Source of the DNA: Verrucomicrobia bacterium UBA3761
GTDB lineage: Bacteria > Verrucomicrobiota > Kiritimatiellia > RFP12 > UBA1067
Assembly (NCBI GenBank): GCA_002371135.1
Contig: DFGB01000027.1
Location: 1 to 60,270 of the forward strand
Reading direction: 5' to 3'
DNA: 60,270 nt
A program made the translations under genes and the position numbers. The notes below the pieces were generated by a model that was not told the origin of the DNA, did no database searches, and was given only the letters and a program-made list of their open reading frames with translations. Every line of letters begins with the position of its first letter. Position 1 is the stretch's first letter. Below are positions 17,224 to 26,763 of the stretch, piece by piece.

Positions 17224-17789
17224 ATGGGCAAGGCAAATCCGAAAAAGGCAATGGCGGCGCTCATACCGCTCGCTATCAGGATCGACGATGATACCGTCGT
17301 CCGTCCGATGACGCTAGGCATGTGGGCGGCGCTGGAGCGTATCGAGTCGCCGCTGGTCGCCAGCGACCGGCCGGAGAAAGTCGACGCGCTCTCCCTCATC
17401 CCCTCGCTTTATTTGCTCACGCACGGCCCCGAGGCCGTGTTCGAAGGCAATATTCTCGCCACCGCAATGGCGTGGGCGGATACCGTGCCAGTGCACATGA
17501 TGCGGCTCATTCAGGACGCCGCATTCCGGCAGATACGCGCGGCGAGCGACGTTATACCGGAGGACGACGACGACGAAAAAAAAAAGAGGATGGATGGATC
17601 GCAAGCCTCGCGTATTGGACGGCTCGCAAGTTTGGCTGGACGCTTGACGAGATACTTTGGCGCGTTCCGCTTTCGGCGCTCGTCCTGATGCGCCGTCAGG
17701 CATGCCGCAACAATACCGGCGACATGACGATAATGCCGCTCGAGAGCATAGAGGAGATTGACAATGGCAACGAGCAAGTTAACCGTTGA
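17224..17789 (+). CDS. Tail assembly chaperone pair with a programmed -1 frameshift (G/GT-like)
   Basis: A10 slippery run at 17576-17585. Frame 1 gives ...DDDDEKKKRM... ending at 17688. The -1 frame continues ...KKKEDGWIASLAYWTARKFGWTLDEILW... to 17789, just upstream of and overlapping the tape measure start. Confidence 0.7.
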
Positions 17790-18666
17790 GATCGATGCGG
17801 AGACCTCAAAGGCGCAGCAGAAATTGCGCGAGGCCGTGGGGAGCGCCGCCGTCGACATCGGCGGCGGCCCGGGCGGCGGCGGCCTGGGTGCCAGTACCGA
17901 CAAGGCGGCGCGTTCGCTCGACAAGCTCGACAAGTCGGCGCAATCGTTCGATTCGCGGCTCGTTTCCGTCACCCGCGCTATGGCGGGCATGGCGGTCGGC
18001 ATGGCCACCAGCTACGCAAGCCGCTATTTCGAGGAGGGCTCGACCGCCAGAAAAGCGATGGAGTATGGCGGCGCTGCTATTTCGGGCGCGACGGCGGGCG
18101 CGACGGCGGGCGCGACGCTGGGGCCGTGGGGCGCAGTCGCCGGCGGCGTCGCAGGCCTCGCAACGGGCGTCGGCAAGACGTACCTCGAGAAGGACGCGGC
18201 GAAGACGGAGCGCCTGGCCGAGTTTGAAAAATCGGAAAAAATCTTCGAGAGTCTGGCAGCGTGGAACGAGAAGGTGCGCTCGCTGTCGGAGAGCCTGGAC
18301 GTTGGCGAGATAAAGACGATCCTGGACAACCTCAAGGCTTCCGAAGGCAAGGTCGTCGGATGGACCCGGGACGCGATCGAGGGCGAACGCTACACCGAGG
18401 CCGGCGACCACCAGCGCGCCCTTGCCGATATCAGGCGGCGCCAGGAGCAGATGCAGGCGCTGTTGCGCGAGGCGGAAAAGCCGAAAGAGGGCGGCCCGGC
18501 GTTCCGCGCTTCGACGTCGGCGGTGGATGCGCTTTCGCGCATCGGCGGCAATTTCGGCGGCGGCGTCGACTTGTCAAGAGACCAGTTGCAAACATCGAAG
18601 GACCAGCTCAACGTCCTCAAGTCGATTGAGCAGAAAACCGGAAGGGGGAACGTGGCATGGCAATAA
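17764..18666 (+). CDS. Tape measure protein (short, ~300 aa)
   Basis: ATG at 17764 follows GAGGAG. Helical N- and C-terminal parts flank a Gly/Ala-rich hydrophobic core (GATAGATAGATLGPWGAVAGGVAGLATGVG). Position is after the frameshifted chaperone. Confidence 0.65.
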   Translation: MATSKLTVEIDAETSKAQQKLREAVGSAAVDIGGGPGGGGLGASTDKAARSLDKLDKSAQSFDSRLVSVTRAMAGMAVGMATSYASRYFEEGSTARKAMEYGGAAISGATAGATAGATLGPWGAVAGGVAGLATGVGKTYLEKDAAKTERLAEFEKSEKIFESLAAWNEKVRSLSESLDVGEIKTILDNLKASEGKVVGWTRDAIEGERYTEAGDHQRALADIRRRQEQMQALLREAEKPKEGGPAFRASTSAVDALSRIGGNFGGGVDLSRDQLQTSKDQLNVLKSIEQKTGRGNVAWQ

Positions 18667-19415
18667 CTACACAGCGGCAGATGGATGAGGGCAAGGATCT
18701 GACGCCCTCCGGCGACCGCACAAAGATTTTTGTGTACAAGGGCGATTATGCCGCCCTGGAAGCGACGCATGACGCGCTCAAGAACGGCGACGAGCACGAG
18801 GGCATGATCGTGCTTTCAAGCAATTTGCGGCGCAACCCGGGCGGCCTCGGGACGCTGTCGATCACGTGCGCCCCGAACGATACGATTATCAACATCGAGA
18901 CGCAGGAGAGAGAGCAGACGCCCCTCAAGGTCGTCTGGCAGTTGCGGAGCGTGAGGAATGATGTTTCAGTGCTCGGTTATTGCAATTCGGTGACGACCAG
19001 CGGAGCGAGCCGCGAGGATGTTGAGGCGTGGATGAAGGAGCCGGACGGGGAGCTTGCGAAGGCCAATTCATACCGCAAGGCGGACGGGACGGTGGTCGAG
19101 ATTTCGCACTCCGACACCCTCAAGATTATAAATAAGTTGCGCGAGGGCAAGGAGGCCGTCATGCGGTTTTACCCGCTGGTCATCAAGACGAGCATCTATT
19201 CAACGGACCCCGGAATGCTGTTTGAAGGATTAGGCAAAATCGGCATTCCCGAGCGTCACCCTGCCGGCTTTTCCTGGCTCAAGTGCCAGGATGATTTGAC
19301 GGAGGATACGGGCGGCCAATGGCAGCACGTCGAGGCGTGGATGGGAACGCCTGAAAACCCCGGCTGGGATCCTGATTTCTACGGCCCCAACGCGTGGCCG
19401 ATGCCGCTGATATGA
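18657..19415 (+). CDS. Distal tail protein candidate
   Basis: 252 aa. Overlaps the tape measure end, with GAAGGGGGAA upstream. Called by position. Confidence 0.45.
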   Translation: MAITTQRQMDEGKDLTPSGDRTKIFVYKGDYAALEATHDALKNGDEHEGMIVLSSNLRRNPGGLGTLSITCAPNDTIINIETQEREQTPLKVVWQLRSVRNDVSVLGYCNSVTTSGASREDVEAWMKEPDGELAKANSYRKADGTVVEISHSDTLKIINKLREGKEAVMRFYPLVIKTSIYSTDPGMLFEGLGKIGIPERHPAGFSWLKCQDDLTEDTGGQWQHVEAWMGTPENPGWDPDFYGPNAWPMPLI

Positions 19416-19945
19416 TGATACAATCTCCCAAAATCGGCACGCCCCTTAAAGCCTCGTGGGCGCAAGCCGTCACCGAGCGCGTCAACGCGCTCGCGCCCGT
19501 CGGTGCAAGCCGCCTGCTGGTGCGCGAGGGCGCGAGGGGCTTCGGCTTCGACGCGCTGCCGCCCAATTTGCGCGACCGGCGCGGGGGCGTCGCCGCTGCC
19601 GATGCCGGGTGCTGGCGCCTCGTCACTGCGACGCAGGGCGGCTCGACCGTGCATGTTTTCGACAACCAGTATTACAAGGCGGGCGAGGTCGTTCTGGAGG
19701 CGTCCCTCGCCACGACCGCCGAATCACTCGTAGGCTCCCAGTTGTATTTCATCGCCCTGCAAATCAGCGCCGACGGTCAGGCCACGCCCGCCATTGTGGG
19801 CTATGCCACGTTCGCCGCCATGTCGACGGCCTCAAGGACCCGCGCAATGGTAATTAAACCCCTTTACAGACTGGATGCAAACTGCAACATTGTCTGCGAT
19901 TTTCGCAACATTCCGGAAGCTCAAATAGCGGAGATATTATCATGA
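19412..19945 (+). CDS. Hypothetical tail protein
   Basis: ATG at 19412 forms an ATGA overlap with the upstream stop. This is preferred over the GTG at 19394. Confidence 0.5.
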   Translation: MMIQSPKIGTPLKASWAQAVTERVNALAPVGASRLLVREGARGFGFDALPPNLRDRRGGVAAADAGCWRLVTATQGGSTVHVFDNQYYKAGEVVLEASLATTAESLVGSQLYFIALQISADGQATPAIVGYATFAAMSTASRTRAMVIKPLYRLDANCNIVCDFRNIPEAQIAEILS

Positions 19946-21948
19946 CGTCGCTTTGCTTGTTTTTCGCTTTAGCCCTGACCCGGCCGGCACTATTCTTTAC
20001 GGACCTTCTAAACATTATGCCGGATTCCGCCGTCGCCGTGCCGGGCGTGGGGAGGATTTCGCGCCCCCACTTCGCGGAGCCCTACGGCGTGGCGTCGGCC
20101 TGCTTCGAGCGCCGCTTGCAGGACGCGAGCGCGGTGCCGGCCCTTTCCGCGCTGCCTGATGTCAACTTGAGCCCCTACTGGCCCGACGCCGCCTATGCCG
20201 CCCCCTCGAATCGCGTCATCAAGTCGACCCGTTTCGTTGTGCCAGGCGGCGCTGGCGGTGCGGGCCGGGGGGCGGTGCCCGGCCTTGCAGAGCACATTCT
20301 CGCCTATCGTCAAGACTTCGGCGCGTCCCTCATTCAAGACAGCGACCCGCCGGCGTTCGGCTGGTGCTCCGACCCGTTCGCTGCCGCCTCTTCCAACGAC
20401 TGGCTCGCCGCCTGGCGCACTTTCGCGAGCGTCTCCAACGACATCCCCGTCTCGACCTGGACCCTCTACAGCGGCCCGCGCTCGTCGCCCCCGTGCGATA
20501 TGCTGGGGTATTTTGCCGACCTCGCGGGCGTGTTCGATACGCAAGCCCCGGCCGCCCTCGCCGTCGAATATTCCGCTCTCTTTGATGCCGTCTACGACCG
20601 CGGGCCCTCCGAGACCGTTTCAGGCCTCATGGCCGCCGCCATTCCCTCGTGCGTTCCGGCTGCCGTCACCAATCGGACGTTGCGACTCGATCGCAATTTC
20701 CTCACCGCCCTAGAGGCCGCAGCGTCCCTGGAGGATACCCGGTACGATGTTGCAAGCGACATTGTATGCACCCATCAACGCACGTCCGCCACTGCCATGC
20801 GTGATGCCGTCGGCGCGCGTGTGGCAACCCTGACCCTGACGCCCGACTTCGATACAGAGACCCTGATAGGCCGCATCTCCGGCGGCCTGCCGGAGATGCT
20901 CGACGGCTCCTTTGGCTCCGTTCGCACCAACACCCTGGCGGGCGGCAATTTCCGCTATTCCGCTCGTATCCCCCGCAACTCGTCGGCGTCCTGGGATATT
21001 GGCTGCACCGACGCCCCTATAACCCTCCCGGCGTCCGATCTCCTGGATGCCGTCACCCTCAATATGCAACTGCCAGTCGGCTCGTCTGTCACCCTGGCTG
21101 GCACCGTCACGTTCGATTCCGGCGGCTTCTATTGGGTAGGCTCCTTGCCTGGCGTCGGCATTGCAGAGGCGTACGCAGCATTCCCCACTTCTGTCTCGTG
21201 CACCGTCGACGTCAACGTTTCGACCTCAAGGACCGGCGTTTTCATCATCCCTGACGCCCCAGGCGTCAATTATTCGTTCCTCGATAATTTCTACTGGGAC
21301 GCGGGCCGCGTCGCTTCTGTTGACGCGTATTTCCAAGAGGGCTTGCGCTGGAGCGACCGATATGAGGATGCTGCCGATCCCTTGTCCGGCGCATGGTATA
21401 ATTTGAGTTATCAAGAGCTCTCCCCCTGGCGCTACCCCGCATATCGATCGCAGCAGTTGCGCCACCGCAAGGCAGTCTCTCTAGTCGATTGTAGTTTTTC
21501 GGCGTTTTCTAATGCTTGGCATTCGGCCCTCCTGGACCTCCGGGCCGCCGCCAGGCAAAAGTTCATCGATATGGGAGCGACTATGCCCGAGGACCCCGTT
21601 TCGACCTGTATGCCCCCCGCGACAGACCTAGACCCCGCCATTGCCGCGGCAAGCGCCGCGATCACTAATGCGTTCGACGTCACCGCCGCGCTCTACGATC
21701 TCACGATCTCGCGCCCGTCGTCTAGCGTCTACACCCTCGTGGCCTCATACGGCGGCTCGACAAAAGCGACCGTCGACATATCCTCTGGATCCGGCTCCGT
21801 CCCGGCTGGCGTTTTGATTTTCTCTGATTCCGGCACCGTTTCGCTGCCTGATTCCACGACCACAAACTTCGCAGCCCGGGTCGAGGCCGACGCCGGCGCC
21901 GTCATCCGCCTCCGAACCCGGTACTACAACCTCTCCAACATCCCTTAA
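19942..21948 (+). CDS. Large tail-tip or baseplate-like protein (668 aa)
   Basis: ATGA overlap with the previous gene. It is the last gene before the terminator. No motif recognised. Confidence 0.5.
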   Translation: MTSLCLFFALALTRPALFFTDLLNIMPDSAVAVPGVGRISRPHFAEPYGVASACFERRLQDASAVPALSALPDVNLSPYWPDAAYAAPSNRVIKSTRFVVPGGAGGAGRGAVPGLAEHILAYRQDFGASLIQDSDPPAFGWCSDPFAAASSNDWLAAWRTFASVSNDIPVSTWTLYSGPRSSPPCDMLGYFADLAGVFDTQAPAALAVEYSALFDAVYDRGPSETVSGLMAAAIPSCVPAAVTNRTLRLDRNFLTALEAAASLEDTRYDVASDIVCTHQRTSATAMRDAVGARVATLTLTPDFDTETLIGRISGGLPEMLDGSFGSVRTNTLAGGNFRYSARIPRNSSASWDIGCTDAPITLPASDLLDAVTLNMQLPVGSSVTLAGTVTFDSGGFYWVGSLPGVGIAEAYAAFPTSVSCTVDVNVSTSRTGVFIIPDAPGVNYSFLDNFYWDAGRVASVDAYFQEGLRWSDRYEDAADPLSGAWYNLSYQELSPWRYPAYRSQQLRHRKAVSLVDCSFSAFSNAWHSALLDLRAAARQKFIDMGATMPEDPVSTCMPPATDLDPAIAAASAAITNAFDVTAALYDLTISRPSSSVYTLVASYGGSTKATVDISSGSGSVPAGVLIFSDSGTVSLPDSTTTNFAARVEADAGAVIRLRTRYYNLSNIP

Positions 21949-21981
21949 AACCCCTGTTGCAACCCCTTTGCAACCCTAATG

Positions 21982-22033
21982 CAAGGGCCGGTCTCGCAGG
22001 CTTCACCCTGCCGACCGGCCCTTGCTGATTTTT
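21982..22033 (+). terminator. Intrinsic terminator at the end of the late operon
   Basis: CAAGGGCCGGTC (21982-21993) pairs with GACCGGCCCTTG (22013-22024), followed by CTGATTTTT. Confidence 0.7.
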
Positions 22034-22125
22034 CCTCATTCTCAAAATCTTGATTTTTCTTCTCACTCCCGCCGGCGCGATACACCACTTCTTTTCTTCA
22101 CTGCGGTTCATCGCCGCAAAGGCCG

Positions 22126-23433
22126 TCAATGTAGATGCGCTGCCCATATCCGTGTCTTCATTTCAATTTGCGATACGACGCACATAGATTCGTCCGCCGC
22201 CGAGACGAACGAAACGGAGAATTCCTTTCCGCCCGGCGGCACATCCACGACGATATGCGCCCCTTCGCAGCAGGCTTCCGGCACATCCTTGAGCCACGGA
22301 CGCTGCGCGTCGCGTGCGCGTCGCTCTTTCGCAAGAATTCCCGGGCACAGCATCCGTTCGCCGTCGTAAAGCGAACGGTCGGCGAGGCGCGTCATCGTCG
22401 CGTCGTCGGCATGGAACCAGTCCCAGACGCACCCGACATAGACCTGCGACTTGAGTGCCGCGACGAGATTCTCGCACATGGCGCTGTTGCCGTGGTGGTC
22501 AAGCTTCGCCACCGTCGCCTGTCCGACGGTCTCGGCCATCGCCTCCTCGATCTCCCAAACGCTCCCGTCGCGCTGGCGCTGGCGATCCTCGAAGTCGCCA
22601 GCCGTGTAGAAGCCGAACGGACCATACGTGAACTTCAGACCGATCGACATCGCGTTCTCGTTCACCGAACGCGTCTTCGTCCAGGCAATGAAGTCGGCGT
22701 AGAGGTCGCGCACCGTGCCGTCCGGCATGAGAACTCGCCCGTTGGCGCAGAGCGGGCGGAAGGCGAAGCCAGGCGCGTCGCCGTGAAGCGGGCGCAGCTG
22801 GTCGCTGCCCTTTTCGAGCCGGAACCGCTCGACGACGGTGCCGCGCCGTTCGAGTTCCCGATAGACGCCCTGCATGTGCGCGAGCATCCATGTGTCATCC
22901 TCCGGGCGGCGCGGCAGGGGATCGTCGAACGTCGGCCATGCCCGGTCGATCGCCTTGCCGAACGAAAGCCATTCCATCGCCTGTCCGAATCCGCTCAGGT
23001 AATATTCCCCGTTGCACGACAGGCCGGCATGGTACGCCCGACATCCACCGTGGTCGCTGTGGTAGTGGGTGAGAAGCATGTAGTCCACCTTCTCGCGGTG
23101 CGGATTGACGCGCAACACGTACCGCGCAATCCACTCGCCAGCGTGTCGTTCGAGGCCGGGCAGGATCGGCACGGCGTACTTGCCGCGCTTGTGCGCCGGA
23201 TGGTCGCCGCAGTCGATGAGCAGCGACGTGCCGTCGGGGTAGAGCAGGAAAACGGTCTCGGACACGCCCGTGTAGATGAAATGCATCTGGAAATGACCGC
23301 TCTGCCACGGCGCGAGCGCGCGCCCGGCGGCAGGATGCCGCGCACCTGCGGCGAACGTCTGCGCGAACATCGCCGCCCAAAACGGAAGTACGCTCGACGC
23401 CGCGACGCCTGCAATGAAATCTCGTCTATTCAC
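22126..23433 (-). CDS. MBL-fold metallo-hydrolase with twin-arginine signal
   Basis: N-terminal MNRRDFIAG is a TAT motif. THYHSDHGG is the HxHxDH metal-binding motif. Confidence 0.85.
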   Translation of the reverse strand: MNRRDFIAGVAASSVLPFWAAMFAQTFAAGARHPAAGRALAPWQSGHFQMHFIYTGVSETVFLLYPDGTSLLIDCGDHPAHKRGKYAVPILPGLERHAGEWIARYVLRVNPHREKVDYMLLTHYHSDHGGCRAYHAGLSCNGEYYLSGFGQAMEWLSFGKAIDRAWPTFDDPLPRRPEDDTWMLAHMQGVYRELERRGTVVERFRLEKGSDQLRPLHGDAPGFAFRPLCANGRVLMPDGTVRDLYADFIAWTKTRSVNENAMSIGLKFTYGPFGFYTAGDFEDRQRQRDGSVWEIEEAMAETVGQATVAKLDHHGNSAMCENLVAALKSQVYVGCVWDWFHADDATMTRLADRSLYDGERMLCPGILAKERRARDAQRPWLKDVPEACCEGAHIVVDVPPGGKEFSVSFVSAADESMCVVSQIEMKTRIWAAHLH

Positions 23434-23550
23434 AATGAATCACTCCTCAGCGCAGAACAATCCTCGTGCCGGTCTTCGGTAGATAGACAAGTTTCGTGCC
23501 ATTGCGTACAATCGCCTTGCCGTCTGTGAGGGGTCAAGAGGGTCAGACCC

Positions 23551-23605
23551 TTGGAAACTCTGCGTCTCTCAAGTCTCTGCGATAAAAACCTATTGCATGG
23601 TAGTG
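23551..23605 (-). repeat. 55-nt interspersed element (CTCTGCG-array family), copy 1
   Basis: TTGGAAACTCTGCGTCTCTCAAGTCTCTGCGATAAAAACCTATTGCATGGTAGTG. It is 54/55 identical to 26906-26960 and lies 33 nt 3' of the stop of 23638..25077. Confidence 0.95.
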
Positions 23606-23637
23606 ACCACAATTCCCACGACCGTATCACTTCAGGT

Positions 23638-25077
23638 CTATCCCCACCGGATTCCCGCAAGCGGTTTTCCGGCAAGACCGAAACAGTCGCGGGGCGTTAC
23701 GGCGAGGCGGATTGGTCTGTCGCGAGGAAGTTCATTCGCCGAGAACAGGCATTCGCCCGGAATGTCTGCGTATTCTTCCGGATAGGCGAATCCGGCGGCG
23801 ACGAGCCGGCGCACCGCAGGCGACGCCATCCCTTCGGCATACGCCTCGACAGTGTAGTCGAAAACGCGGCTTCCATTGACGGTTCTCGCCCGCGGGAAGG
23901 TCACGTAAAGGCAGGGCTCGCCCCTGTGCGCCTCGCTTTCAAGCGCATGACCCTCCGGGCAGAACTCCGCCGAGATTTCAGCATCCGCCGCGAACTGCGG
24001 TGCCGCACCTTCGGCTTTCCGCCGCGCCGCGCGCACCGCGAAGTCGAACGGCCCGCCCACCCGCGCCGGAACAGGGACCGTCCACGCCGGACCGATCGGG
24101 CGCATGAACGCGACGGACTGCCGCCGCACGACAAGACGGTCGTCGTAGACATCGACGATCTCGCATCCGCCCCCCTTCGCATCGCCGCCCCACGACTGCG
24201 GATCGGCCATCGAGCGCATGAGTTTCGTCCGGCTGCTTGGATGCCAGTGGGCCGTCACGTTGTCGTAGTTGAAACCGCCGGCGCTCTCGTGGATGCATCC
24301 GGCTCCGATCGATGTGAACGCACCCTGCCATACAGTGCGCTCGTCCGACAGCGCGCAGTGCGAATGGCCCGAGATTGCAACGGCGTTCGGGAAACGCGAA
24401 AGCACCGCGACCGACCCGCCGTCGTCGTCGCCCAGCGAATACGTGCCGTGGCACGTTCCCTTCGGATGCGCATGCTGGCAGTAGAAGAACGGCTTCCCGC
24501 CGCGAAATTCCGTCTCGTGCTCGCGGAAGTATTCTCCGACCGGAGAATTGAGACTCGACCACTGCGCGCCGACGAACGTGTAGCCCTTCACCTCGCGCCG
24601 CCAGACGAGGGACCAGTCCTGGCCGAAGAGCCTGCGCCACGTCTTCTGCGGATTGTCCTTCCAGTTGAAGCGCTGCGCGTCCATCTGCGCCTCGCTGAAG
24701 CTCTTCCACCTGCCGCCCCACGCATCCACGTCATGGTTGCCTGTGGAAATCATGAGATCCACCCGTCTGCCGCCATCCGGGAACACCTTGCGCCAAATCG
24801 CCGCGAACGCCTCCAGCTCGCCGACAAGGCCCGAATGCGCGATGTCGCCGGGACACAGCACCGCGTCGACATTCTCGGACGCAAAGTAGCGCAGCACCTT
24901 CTCCGCCGTCGCCTCCGCATCCTTCTTGCCGCCGATATGAACGTCGCTCAAAACGCCAAACCGAAGGTTGGGTTTGGGAGGAGCGGGCTCTATCCAATCC
25001 GCAGCCGGCAAGGATTCCGGCCCTCCCATGCAGAACGCCAGCGCTCCGCCGATAAAATCTCTGCGCGTAATGTTCAT
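23638..25077 (-). CDS. Calcineurin-like metallophosphoesterase with twin-arginine signal
   Basis: MNITRRDFIGG is a TAT motif. The metallophosphoesterase signature blocks are present: GVLSDVHIG, GDIAHSG and GNHD. Confidence 0.85.
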   Translation of the reverse strand: MNITRRDFIGGALAFCMGGPESLPAADWIEPAPPKPNLRFGVLSDVHIGGKKDAEATAEKVLRYFASENVDAVLCPGDIAHSGLVGELEAFAAIWRKVFPDGGRRVDLMISTGNHDVDAWGGRWKSFSEAQMDAQRFNWKDNPQKTWRRLFGQDWSLVWRREVKGYTFVGAQWSSLNSPVGEYFREHETEFRGGKPFFYCQHAHPKGTCHGTYSLGDDDGGSVAVLSRFPNAVAISGHSHCALSDERTVWQGAFTSIGAGCIHESAGGFNYDNVTAHWHPSSRTKLMRSMADPQSWGGDAKGGGCEIVDVYDDRLVVRRQSVAFMRPIGPAWTVPVPARVGGPFDFAVRAARRKAEGAAPQFAADAEISAEFCPEGHALESEAHRGEPCLYVTFPRARTVNGSRVFDYTVEAYAEGMASPAVRRLVAAGFAYPEEYADIPGECLFSANELPRDRPIRLAVTPRDCFGLAGKPLAGIRWG

Positions 25078-25083
25078 TTTTCT

Positions 25084-26733
25084 TCAATCCTCCTCGTTTT
25101 CGCCGCTCAAGTATCCGCCGTTCCATGCGCCGACGGACGGGATCGCGACATATGCCTCGCCGCCGGAACGCTTCAGTTCGAGCGTCAACGGCTCGCGCCG
25201 CATTTCATGCCACACGACGCGTTTCCACGACGGCGGAACGCCGCGCAGAAGAATGCGGACGGGCCCCTGTTCTGCGATGCGGAGATTCATGAGCGCGACG
25301 CATCTCAAGCATCCGTCCTTGTCGACATGTGCCTGCATCAGCCCCATGAACGGCGATTTGACGACGGCGGGCAGCCCCCCGGCCCGGGCATCCAGCGCGT
25401 CGCGGAACTTCTGCACGTCGCGGGAGGTCATGAGATTCGCGTTCTTCGCAATCTCCTCTTTCGAAAGCGTCCCAACTCCGCGCCCGACGCCGGAGATGAC
25501 AGGAATCGCCATATTCCTCACGCCGATTTTCTTTTCAGGCGGCATGGTGAAGCCGACCGGCTCGCAACCGTCGATGGCGCGCGCATAGCCGCGGAGCGTC
25601 TCCGACGCTTCGGCAAGCGGCTTCCACATCGTCATCCCGTAGAGCGCCGCATCTTCCTTCTCGCCGTTCGAGACGAAGTAGCTCACAGAGTTATAGCCAT
25701 ACATGAGCGCGGCGAATGCCTCGGCAAGGACGCCCTGCGACGAACGCGAATAGTAGGTCCGCGGCCAGCTCTCTATCTCCGGCGTCCATACCTTGACGTA
25801 GTCCGGGTCGCCGATGCGAGCACGAAGCGCCACGGCGTTGATGCTCTTCAAAACAACGATGTTCGGGTTGTCGTCGTAATAGAAACTCCCGCCGGGACGG
25901 CATCCGACCGGGCGGCCCGTCACGGAATGGAGAGTCTTCAAAACTTCTGCGGCCTGATCGTCCATCTCGACGCCGGAAGCGCACTGGAGCGCCATCATCG
26001 TATCCGGCGAAATCGAATGGAACGTTTCTGCGACGGCTCTTGCGACAAGCGACAGACTCTCTATGGAAAACCGCCGCCAGCGCGCATGGACCGCGTCGTC
26101 TTTCACGACGGCCGCCGCGAGCGCCTCGCGCGTCCACGCTCCGCCGGTCTCGGCGTTGAACGCGGCGATGCACGTATCGCAGAAGCAGCCCGAGCGCCGT
26201 CCCTGGCTCTCGGCCGGACGGTGGTAGGCGATGCGAAGGTCGTCGTCCAGCCATAACGCGTGGAAACCGAGCCGCGCGTATATCGCCGATACGTCGCGGA
26301 GGTAATCGAGGAATGCACTCTGACGCGGACAGTTGCAGAATTTATCCTCGACGCCCTTCCAATCCGTCCAGCCGGTCCACGTCTTCATCGTGAACATCTC
26401 CGGCGAGCCGGATTCGTCGCCATGTCCAATCGTTGCCTGGAATTGGAGAGACGGGACGATTCCCGCCCCACGCGCGTCCTTCACCGCTTCTGCAAGGACG
26501 GCGGCGCGGGCGCGGTGCCATTCAAGCGACGGCACGCCCGTGCCGGTCGAAAACCATATCTCGTCGCAGCAACCGGGATTCTCGGCAATCGCCTTGAAAT
26601 TGGCCTTCCATATTTCCTTAGTATCGGTGTCGTTCGCCCTGAGCCGCATCGACATCACCGGCCGCGCTGCGCACGGGAGGATCGCGCTTGTCACGATCGC
26701 AAACGAAGCAACCGTCAAACAGATTTTTTTCAT
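25084..26733 (-). CDS. Secreted hypothetical protein (possible glycoside-hydrolase-like fold)
   Basis: Start taken at MKKICLTVASFAIVTSAILPCAA (signal peptide). It is operonic with neighbours, 6 nt from the next gene. No confident family assignment. Confidence 0.6.
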   Translation of the reverse strand: MKKICLTVASFAIVTSAILPCAARPVMSMRLRANDTDTKEIWKANFKAIAENPGCCDEIWFSTGTGVPSLEWHRARAAVLAEAVKDARGAGIVPSLQFQATIGHGDESGSPEMFTMKTWTGWTDWKGVEDKFCNCPRQSAFLDYLRDVSAIYARLGFHALWLDDDLRIAYHRPAESQGRRSGCFCDTCIAAFNAETGGAWTREALAAAVVKDDAVHARWRRFSIESLSLVARAVAETFHSISPDTMMALQCASGVEMDDQAAEVLKTLHSVTGRPVGCRPGGSFYYDDNPNIVVLKSINAVALRARIGDPDYVKVWTPEIESWPRTYYSRSSQGVLAEAFAALMYGYNSVSYFVSNGEKEDAALYGMTMWKPLAEASETLRGYARAIDGCEPVGFTMPPEKKIGVRNMAIPVISGVGRGVGTLSKEEIAKNANLMTSRDVQKFRDALDARAGGLPAVVKSPFMGLMQAHVDKDGCLRCVALMNLRIAEQGPVRILLRGVPPSWKRVVWHEMRREPLTLELKRSGGEAYVAIPSVGAWNGGYLSGENEED

Positions 26734-26763
26734 GCGAAAACTTTTCAGCGAATCAATAGCATA

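Larger units (their letters stand above)
1..22100 (+). mobile_element. Partial prophage (late/structural region): Mu-like head-morphogenesis module plus siphovirus-type tail module; early part outside window
   Basis: Same-strand genes 2124-21948 are tightly packed or overlap (ATGA/TAATG). They encode terminase, portal, gpI-like protease/scaffold, capsid, MuF, tail tube, frameshifted chaperone and tape measure. A strong terminator sits at 21982-22033. The right boundary is only bracketed between 22033 and the convergent host stop at 22126. Confidence 0.85.

Noticed and set aside
1-22100. Calling the prophage a transposable (Mu/B3/D3112-type) phage
   Set aside because: Only the head-morphogenesis genes are Mu-like. 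No transposase, MuB-like ATPase or defined ends are visible in the window, so the replication and integration mode is left open.
23551-26256. 901-aa plus-strand ORF, the longest ORF in this region
   Set aside because: It is antisense to two minus-strand genes that carry clear motifs (TAT signal, GDIAHSG and GNHD; a signal peptide). Its translation is Arg/Ala/Pro-rich low complexity, typical of spurious frames in GC-rich DNA.
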